A stretch of DNA of 64,000 nucleotides, from contig OZ024759.1 in NCBI GenBank assembly GCA_964016885.1, positions 5,766,001 to 5,830,000 on the forward strand, in the 5' to 3' direction. The stretch comes from Eledone cirrhosa (taxonomy: Eukaryota). Each line of letters begins with the position of its first letter. Positions within the stretch are counted from its first letter, which is position 1. The notes under the pieces are model-generated. The model saw only the letters and a list, made by a program, of their open reading frames with translations, was not told the DNA's origin and did not search any database. This document shows, in pieces, positions 52,501 through 62,900 of the stretch. The position numbers and the translations under genes are program-made.

Positions 52501-55500
52501 CCACTGTTGGTGAGAATTCATTTAAGTTCATGGTATTAGCTGTCAGAAGTAACTCCACTGTTGGTGAGAATTCATTTAATTTCATGGTACTAGCTGTCAG
52601 AAGTAACTCCAATGTTGATGAGAATTCATTTAAGTCATGGTACTAGCTGTCAGAAGTAACTCCACTGTTGGTGAGAATTCATTTAAGTTCATGGTATTAA
52701 CTGTCAGAAGGAACGCCACTGTTGGTGAGAATTCATTTAAGTTCATGGTATTAGCTGTCAGAAGTAACTCCACTGTTGGTGAGAATTCATTTAAGTTCAT
52801 GGTACTAGCTGTGAGAAGTAACTCCAATGTTGGTGAGAATTCATTTAAGTTCATGGTATTAGCTGTCAGAAGGAACTCCACTGTTGGTGAGAATTCATTT
52901 AAGTTCATGGTATTAGCTGTCAGAAGTAACTCCACTGTTGGTGAGAATTCATTTAAGTTCATGGTACTAGTTGTCAGAAGTAACTCCACTGTTGGTGAGA
53001 ATTCATTTAAGTTCATGGTATTAGTTGTCAGAAGTAACTCCACTGTTGGTGAGAATTCATTTAAGTCATGGTATTAGTTGTCAGAAGTAACTCCAATGTT
53101 GGTGAGAATTCATTTAAGTTCATTGTATTAGCTGTCAGAAGTAACTCCACTGTTGGTGAGAATTCATTTAAGTTCATGGTATTAGCTGTCAGAAGTAACT
53201 CCACTGTTGGTGAGAATTCATTTAAGTCATGGTATTAGCTGTCAGAAGTAACTCCATTGTTGGTGAGAATTCATTTAAGTCATGGTACTAGCTGTCAGAA
53301 GTAACTCCACTGTTGGTGAGAATTCATTTAAGTTCATGGTATTAGCTGTCAGAATGAACTCCACTGTTGGTGAGAATTCATTTAAGTTCATGGTATTAGC
53401 TGTCAGAAGTAACTCCACTGTTGGTGAGAATTCATTTAAGTTCATGGTACTAGCTGTCAGAAGTAACTCCAATGTTGGTGAGAATTCATTTAAGTTCATG
53501 GTATTAGCTGTCAGAAGTAACTCCACTGTTGGTGAGAATTCATTTAAGTCATGGTATTAGCTGTCAGAAGTAACTCCAATGTTGGTGAGAATTCATTTAA
53601 GTTCATGGTATTAGCTGTCAGAAGGAACTCCACTGTTGGTGAGAATTCATTTAAGTTCATGGTATTAGCTGTCAGAAGTAACTCCACTGTTGGTGAGAAT
53701 TCATTTAAGTTCATGGTACTAGCTGTCAGAAGTAACTCCAATGTTGGTGAGAATTCATTTAAGTTCATGGTATTAGCTGTCAGAAGTAACTCCACTGTTG
53801 GTGAGAATTCATTTAAGTCATGGTATTAGTTGTCAGAAGTAACTCCAATGTTGGTGAGAATTCATTTAAGTTCATGGTACTAGCTGTCAGAAGTAACTCC
53901 ACTGTTGGTGAGAATTCATTTAAGTTCATGGTATTAGTTTGTCAGAAGTAACTCCACTGTTGGTGAAAATTCATTTAAGTCATGGTATTAGTTGTCAGAT
54001 GTAACTCCAATGTTGGTGAGAACTCATTTAAGTTCATGGTATTAGCTGTCAGAAGTAACTCCACTGTTGGTGAGAATTCATTTAAGTTCATGGTATTAGC
54101 TGTCAGAAGGAACTCCAATGTTGGTGAGAATTCATTTAAGTCATGGTACTAGCTGTCAGAAGTAACTCCACTGTTGGTGAGAATTCATTTAAGTTCATGG
54201 TATTAGCTGGCAGAAGGAACGCCACTGTTGGTGAGAATTCATTTAAGTTCATGGTATTAGTTGTTAGAAGTAACTCCACTGTTGGTGAGAATTCATTTAA
54301 GTTCATGGTATTAGTTGTCAGAAGTAACTCCACTGTTGGTGAGAATTCATTTAAGTCATGGTATTAGTTGTCAGAAGTAACTCCAATGTTGGTGAGAATT
54401 CATTTAAGTTCATGGTACTAGCTGTCAGAAGTAACTCCACAGTTGGTGAGAATTCATTTAAGTTCATGATATTAGCTGTCAGAAGTAACTCCACTGTTGG
54501 TGAGAATTCATTTAAGTCATGTTATTAGCTGTCAGAAGTAACTCCATTGTTGGTGAGAATTCATTTAAGTCATGGTACTAGCTGTCAGAAGTAACTCCAC
54601 TGTTGGTGAGAATTCATTTAAGTTCATGGTATTAGCTGTCAGAAGGAACTCCACTGTTGGTGAGAATTCATTTAAGTTCATGGTACTAGCTGTCAGAAGT
54701 ACCTCCACTGTTGGTGAGAATTCATTTAAGTTCATGGTATTAGTTTGTCAGAAGTAACTCCACTGTTGGTGAGAATTCATTTAAGTCATGGTATTAGTTG
54801 TCAGAAGTAACTCCAATGTTGGTGAGAATTCATTTAAGTCATGGTACTAGCTGTCAGAAGTAACTCCAATGTTGGTGAGAATTCATTTAAGTTCATGGTA
54901 TTAGCTGTCAGAAGGAACTCCACTGTTGGTGAGAATTCATTTAAGTTCATGGTATTAGCTGTCAGAAGTAACTCCACTGTTGGTGAGAATTCATTTAAGT
55001 TCATGGTACTAGCTGTCAGAAGTAACTCCAATGTTGATGAGAATTCATTTAAGTCATGGTACTAGCTGTCAGAAGTAACTCCACTGTTGGTGAGAATTCA
55101 TTTAAGTTCATGGTATTAACTGTCAGAAGGAACGCCACTGTTGGTGAGAATTCATTTAAGTTCATGGTATTAGCTGTCAGAAGTAACTCCACTGTTGGTG
55201 AGAATTCATTTAAGTTCATGGTACTAGCTGTGAGAAGTAACTCCAATGTTGGTGAGAATTCATTTAAGTTCATGGTATTAGCTGTCAGAAGGAACTCCAC
55301 TGTTGGTGAGAATTCATTTAAGTTCATGGTATTAGCTGTCAGAAGTAACTCCACTGTTGGTGAGAATTCATTTAAGTTCATGGTACTAGTTGTCAGAAGT
55401 AACTCCACTGTTGGTGAGAATTCATTTAAGTTCATGGTATTAGTTGTCAGAAGTAACTCCACTGTTGGTGAGAATTCATTTAAGTCATGGTATTAGTTGT

Positions 55501-56750
55501 CAGAAGTAACTCCAATGTTGGTGAGAATTCATTTAAGTTCATTGTATTAGCTGTCAGAAGTAACTCCACTGTTGGTGAGAATTCATTTAAGTTCATGGTA
55601 TTAGCTGTCAGAAGTAACTCCACTGTTGGTGAGAATTCATTTAAGTCATGGTATTAGCTGTGAGAAGTAACTCCATTGTTGGTGAGAATTCATTTAAGTC
55701 ATGGTACTAGCTGTCAGAAGTAACTCCACTGTTGGTGAGAATTCATTTAAGTTCATGGTATTAGCTGTCAGAAGGAACTCCACTGTTGGTGAGAATTCAT
55801 TTAAGTTCATGGTATTAGCTGTCAGAAGTAACTCCACTGTTGGTGAGAATTCATTTAAGTTCATGGTACTAGCTGTCAGAAGTAACTCCAATGTTGGTGA
55901 GAATTCATTTAAGTTCATGGTATTAGCTGTCAGAAGTAACTCCACTGTTGGTGAGAATTCATTTAAGTCATGGTATTAGCTGTCAGAAGTAACTCCAATG
56001 TTGGTGAGAATTCATTTAAGTTCATGGTATTAGCTGTCAGAAGGAACTCCACTGTTGGTGAGAATTAATTAAGTTCATGGTATTAGCTGTCAGAAGTAAC
56101 TCCACTGTTGGTGAGAATTCATTTAAGTTCATGGTACTAGCTGTCAGAAGTAACTCCAATGTTGGTGAGAATTCATTTAAGTTCATGGTATTAGCTGTCA
56201 GAAGTAACTCCACTGTTGGTGAGAATTCATTTAAGTCATGGTATTAGTTGTCAGAAGTAACTCCAATGTTGGTGAGAATTCATTTAAGTTCATGGTACTA
56301 GCTGTCAGAAGTAACTCCACTGTTGGTGAGAATTCATTTAAGTTCATGGTATTAGTTTGTCAGAAGTAACTCCACTGTTGGTGAAAATTCATTTAAGTCA
56401 TGGTATTAGTTGTCAGATGTAACTCCAATGTTGGTGAGAACTCATTTAAGTTCATGGTATTAGCTGTCAGAAGTAACTCCACTGTTGGTGAGAATTCATT
56501 TAAGTTCATGGTATTAGCTGTCAGAAGGAACTCCAATGTTGGTGAGAATTCATTTAAGTCATGGTACTAGCTGTCAGAAGTAACTCCACTGTTGGTGAGA
56601 ATTCATTTAAGTTCATGGTATTAGCTGGCAGAAGGAACGCCACTGTTGGTGAGAATTCATTTAAGTTCATGGTATTAGTTGTTAGAAGTAACTCCACTGT
56701 TGGTGAGAATTCATTTAAGTTCATGGTACTAGCTGTCAGAAGTAACTCCA
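49570..56750. repeat. Nested duplications with offsets 2151 and 2419 bp (shorter ~860-1130-bp subunits)
   Basis: AGTACCTCC variant at 50132, 52283 and 54702. GCTGTGAGAAG, TTAACTGTC and TTCATTGTA recur in register. ORFs 50486/52637/55056 are identical. Confidence 0.9.
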
Positions 56751-58739
56751 ATGTTGGTGAGAATTCATTTAAGTTCATGGTATTAGCTGTCAGATGGAAC
56801 TCCACTGTTGGTGAGAATTCATTTAAGTTCATGGTATTAGCTCTCAGAAGTAACTCCACTGTTGGTGAGAATTCATTTAAGTTCATGGTACTAGCTGTCA
56901 GAAGTAACTCCACTGTTGGTGAGAATTCATTTAAGTTCATGGTACTAGCTGTCAGAAGGAACTCCACTGTTGGTGAGAATTCATTTAAGTTAATGGTATT
57001 AGCTGTCAGAAGTAACTCCAATGTTGGTGAGAATTCATTTAAGTCATGGTACTAGCTGTCAGAAGTAACTCCACTGTTGGTGAGAATTCATTTAAGTTCA
57101 TGGTATTAGCTGTCAGAAGGAACTCCACTGTTGGTGAGAATTCATTTAAGTTCATGGTACTACCTGTCAGAAGTAACCCCAATGTTGGTGAGAATTCATT
57201 TAAGTTCATGGTATTAGCTGTCAGAAGTAACTCCAATGTTGGTGAGAATTCATTTAAGTTCATGGTATTAGCTGTCAGAAGTAACTCCACTGTTGGTGAG
57301 AATTCATATAAGTTCATGATATTAGCTGTCAGAAGTAACTCCACTGTTGGTGAGAATTCATTTAAGTTCATGGTATTAGCTGTCAAAAGTAACTCCACTG
57401 TTGGTGAGAATTCATTTAAGTTCATGGTATTAGCTGTCAGAAGTAACTCCACTGTTGGTGAGAATTCATTTAAGTTCATGGTACTAGCTGTCAGAAGTAA
57501 CTCCAATGTTGGTGAGAATTCATTTAAGTTCATGGTATTAGCTGTCAGAAGTAACTCCACTGTTGGTGAGAATTCATTTAAGTTCATGGTATTAGCTGTC
57601 AGAAGTAACTCCACTGTTGGTGAGAATTCATTTAAGTTCATGGTACTAGCTGTCAGAAGTAACTCCACTGTTGGTGAGAATTCATTTAAGTTCATGGTAC
57701 TAGCTGTCAGAAGTAACCCCAATGTTGGTGAGAATTCATTTAAGTTCATGGTATTAGCTGTCAGATGTCACTCCAATGTTGGTGAGAATTCATTTAAGTT
57801 CATGGTATTAGCTGTCAGAAGTAACTCCACTGTTGGTGAGAATTCATTTAAGTTCATGGTATTAGCTGTCAGAAGTAACTCCACTGTTGGTGAGAATTCA
57901 TTTAAGTTCATGGTATTAGCTGTCAGAAGTAACTCCACTGTTGGTGAGAATTCATTTAAGTTCATGGTATTAGCTGTCAGAAGTAACTCCACTGTTGGTG
58001 AGAATTCATTTAAGTTCATGGTACTAGCTGTCAGAAGTAACTCCAATGTTGGTGAGAATTCATTTAAGTTCATGGTATGAGCTGTCAGAAGTAACTCCAC
58101 TGTTGGTGAGAATTCATTTAAGTCATGGTATTAGCTGTCAGAAGTAACTCCAATGTTGGTGAGAATTCATTTAAGTTCATGGTATTAGCTGTCAGAAGGA
58201 ACTCCACTGTTGGTGAGAATTCATTTAAGTTCATGGTATTAGCTGTCAGAAGTAACTCCACTGTTGGTGAGAATTCATTTAAGTTCATGGTACTAGCTGT
58301 CAGAAGTAACTCCAATTTTGGTGAGAATTCATTTAAGTTCATGGTATTAGCTGTCAGAAGTAACTCCACTGTTGGTGAGAATTCATTTAAGTCATGGTAT
58401 TAGTTGTCAGAAGTAACTCCAATGTTGGTGAGAATTCATTTAAGTTCATGGTACTAGCTGTCAGAAGTAACTCCACTGTTGGTGAGAATTCATTTAAGTT
58501 CATGGTATTAGCTGTCAGAAGTAACTCCACCGTTGGTGAGAATTCATTTAAGTCATGGTATTAGCTGTCAGAAGTAACTCCACTGTTGGTGAGAATTCAT
58601 TCAAGTTCATGGTATTAGCTGTCAGAAGTAACTCCACTGTTGGTGAGAATTCATTTAAGTTCATGGTACTAGCTGTCAGAAGTAACTCCACTATTGGTGA
58701 GAATTCATTTAAGTTCATGGTATTAGTTTGTCAGAAGTA

Positions 58740-61700
58740 ACTCCACAGTTGTTGAGAATTCATTTAAGTCATGGTATTAGTTGTCAGAAGTAACTCCAAT
58801 GTTGGTGAGAATTCATTTAAGTTCATGGTATTAGCTGTCAGAAGTAACTCCACTGTTGGTGAGAATTCATTTAAGTTCATGGTATTAGCTGTCAGAAGGA
58901 ACTCCAATGTTGGTGAGAATTCATTTAAGTCATGGTACTAGCTGTCAGAAGTAACTCCACTGTTGGTGAGAATTCATTTAAGTTCATGGTATTAGCTGGC
59001 AGAAGGAACGCCACTGTTGGTGAGAATTCATTTAAGTTCATGGTATTAGCTGTTAGAAGTAACTCCACTGTTGGTGAGAATTCATTTAAGTTCATGGTAC
59101 TAGCTGTCAGAAGTAACTCCAATGTTGGTGAGAATTCATTTAAGTTCATGGTATTAGCTGTCAGATGTAACTCCACTGTTGGTGAGAATTCATTTAAGTC
59201 ATGGTATTAGCTGTCAGAAGTAACTCCATTGTTGGTGAGAATTCATTTAAGCCATGGTACTAGCTGTCAGAAGTAACTCCACTGTTGGTGAGAATTCATT
59301 TAAGTTCATGGTATTAGCTGTCAGAAGTAACTCCACTGTTGGTGAGAATTCATTTAAGTTCATGGTACTAGCTGTCAGAAGTAACTCCACTGTTGGTGAG
59401 AATTCATTTAAGTTCATGGTACTAGCTGTCAGAAGGAACTCCACTGTTGGTGAGAATTCATTTAAGTTAATGGTATTAGCTGTCAGAAGTAACTCCAATG
59501 TTGGTGAGAATTCATTTAAGTCATGGTACTAGCTGTCAGAAGTAACTCCACTGTTGGTGAGAATTCATTTAAGTTCATGGTATTAGCTGTCAGAAGGAAC
59601 TCCACTGTTGGTGAGAATTCATTTAAGTTCATGGTATTAGCTGTCAGATATAAACTCCACTGTTGGTGAGAATTCATTTAAGTTCATGGTACTAGCTGTC
59701 AGAAGTAACTCCAATGTTGGTGAGAATTCATTTAAGTTCATGGTATTAGCTGTCAGAAGTAACTCCACTGTTGGTGAGAATTCATTTAAGTTCATGGTAT
59801 TAGCTGTCAGAAGTAACTCCACTGTTGGTGAGAATTCATTTAAGTTCATGGTACTAGCTGTCAGAAGTAACTCCACTGTTGGTGAGAATTCATTTAAGTT
59901 CATGGTACTAGCTGTCAGAAGTAACCCCAATGTTGGTGAGAATCCATTTAAGTTCATGGTATTAGCTGTCAGAAGTCACTCCAATGTTGGTGAGAATTCA
60001 TTTAAGTTCATGGTATTAGCTGTCAGAAGTAACTCCACTGTTGGTGAGAATTCATTTAAGTTCATGGTATTAGCTGTCAGAAGTAACTCCACTGTTGGTG
60101 AGAATTCATTTAAGTTCATGGTATTAGCTGTCAGAAGTAACTCCACTGTTGGTGAGAATTCATTTAAGTTCATGGTATTAGCTGTCAGAAGTAACTCCAC
60201 TGTTGGTGAGAATTCATTTAAGTTCATGGTACTAGCTGTCAGAAGTAACTCCACTGTTGGTGAGAATTCATTTAAGTTCATGGTATTAGCTGTCAGAAGT
60301 AACTCCACTGTTGGTGAGAATTCATTTAAGTTCATGGTACTAGCTGTCAGAAGTAACTCCACTGTTGGTGAGAATTCATTTAAGTTCATGGTATTAGTTT
60401 GTCAGAAGTAACTCCACAGTTGGTGAGAATTCATTTAAGTCATGGTATTAGTTGTCAGAAGTAACTCCAATGTTGGTGAGAATTCATTTAAGTTCATGGT
60501 ATTAGCTGTCAGAAGTAACTCCACTGTTGGTGAGAATTCATTTAAGTTCATGGTATTAGCTGTCAGAAGGAACTCCAATGTTGGTGAGAATTCATTTAAG
60601 TCATGGTACTAGCTGTCAGAAGTAACTCCACTGTTGGTGAGAATTCATTTAAGTTCATGGTATTAGCTGGCAGAAGGAACGCCACTGTTGGTGAGAATTC
60701 ATTTAAGTTCATGGTATTAGCTGTTAGAAGTAACTCCACTGTTGGTGAGAATTCATTTAAGTTCATGGTACTAGCTGTCAGAAGTAACTCCAATGTTGGT
60801 GAGAATTCATTTAAGTTCATGGTATTAGCTGTCAGAAGTAACTCCACTGTTGGTGAGAATTCATTTAAGTCATGGTATTAGCTGTCAGAAGTAACTCCAT
60901 TGTTGGTGAGAATTCATTTAAGCCATGGTACTAGCTGTCAAAAGTAACTCCACTGTTGGTGAGAATTCATTTAAGTTCATGGTGTTAGCTGTCAGAAGTA
61001 ACTCCACTGTTGGTGAGAATTCATTTAAGTTCATGGTACTAGCTGTCAGAAGTAACTCCACTGTTGGTGAGAATTCATTTAAGTTCATGGTACTAGCTGT
61101 CAGAAGGAACTCCACTGTTGGTGAGAATTCATTTAAGTTAATGGTATTAGCTGTCAGAAGTAACTCCAATGTTGGTGAGAATTCATTTAAGTCATGGTAC
61201 TAGCTGTCAGAAGTAACTCCACTGTTGGTGAGAATTCATTTAAGTTCATGGTATTAGCTGTCAGAAGGAACTCCACTGTTGGTGAGAATTCATTTAAGTT
61301 CATGGTATTAGCTGTCAGAAGTAACTCCACTGTTGGTGAGAATTCATTTAAGTTCATGGTATTAGCTGTCAGAAGTAACTCCACTGTTGGTGAGAATTCA
61401 TTTAAGTTCATGGTATTAGCTGTCAGAAGTAACTCCACTGTTGGTGAGATTTCATTTAAGTTCATGGTATTAGCTGTCAGAAGTAACTCCACTGTTGGTG
61501 AGAATTCATTTAAGTTCATGGTATTAGCTGTCAGAAGTAACTCCACTGTTGGTGAGAATTCATTTAAGTTCATGGTACTAGCTGTCAGAAGTAACTCCAC
61601 TGTTGGTGAGAATTCATTTAAGTTCATGGTATTAGCTGTCAGAAGTAACTCCACTGTTGGTGAGAATTCATTTAAGTTCATGGTATTAGCTGTCAGAAGT

Positions 61701-62900
61701 AACTCCACTGTTGGTGAGAATTCATTTAAGTTCATGGTACTAGCTGTCAGAAGTAACTCCACTGTTGGTGAGAATTCATTTAAGTTCATGGTATTAGCTG
61801 TCAGAAGTAACTCCACTGTTGGTGAGAATTCATTTAAGTTCATGGTACTAGCTGTCAGAAGTAACTCCACTGTTGGTGAGAATTCATTTAAGTTCATGGT
61901 ATTAGTTTGTCAGAAGTAACTCCACAGTTGGTGAGAATTCATTTAAGTCATGGTATTAGTTGTCAGAAGTAACTCCAATGTTGGTGAGAATTCATTTAAG
62001 TTCATGGTATTAGCTGTCAGAAGTAACTCCACTGTTGGTGAGAATTCATTTAAGTTCATGGTATTAGCTGTCAGAAGGAACTCCAATGTTGGTGAGAATT
62101 CATTTAAGTCATGGTACTAGCTGTCAGAAGTAACTCCACTGTTGGTGAGAATTCATTTAAGTTCATGGTATTAGCTGGCAGAAGGAACGCCACTGTTGGT
62201 GAGAATTCATTTAAGTTCATGGTATTAGCTGTTAGAAGTAACTCCACTGTTGGTGAGAATTCATTTAAGTTCATGGAACTAGCTGTCAGAAGTAACTCCA
62301 ATGTTGGTGAGAATTCATTTAAGTTCATGGTATTAGCTGTCAGAAGTAACTCCACTGTTGGTGAGAATTCATTTAAGTCATGGTATTAGCTGTCAGAAGT
62401 AACTCCATTGTTGGTGAGAATTCATTTAAGCCATGGTACTAGCTGTCAGAAGTAACTCCACTGTTGGTGAGAATTCATTTAAGTTCATGGTATTAGCTGT
62501 CAGAAGTAACTCCACTGTTGGTGAGAATTCATTTAAGTTCATGGTACTAGCTGTCAGAAGTAACTCCACTGTTGGTGAGAATTCATTTAAGTTCATGGTA
62601 CTAGCTGTCAGAAGGAACTCCACTGTTGGTGAGAATTCATTTAAGTTAATGGTATTAGCTGTCAGAAGTAACTCCAATGTTGGTGAGAATTCATTTAAGT
62701 CATGGTACTAGCTGTCAGAAGTAACTCCACTGTTGGTGAGAATTCATTTAAGTTCATGGTATTAGCTGTCAGAAGGAACTCCACTGTTGGTGAGAATTCA
62801 TTTAAGTTCATGGTATTAGCTGTCAGAAGTAACTCCACTGTTGGTGAGAATTCATTTAAGTTCATGGTACTAGCTGTCAGAAGTAACTCCAATGTTGGTG
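58740..62900. repeat. Three-copy local higher-order repeat (periods 1671 and 1508 bp)
   Basis: AAGTTAATGG variant at 59469, 61140 and 62648 (also 56992). GCTGGCAGAAGGAACGCC, GCTGTTAGAAG, AAGCCATGG and CCACAGTT are in register. ORF starts 58932/60603/62111. Confidence 0.9.
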
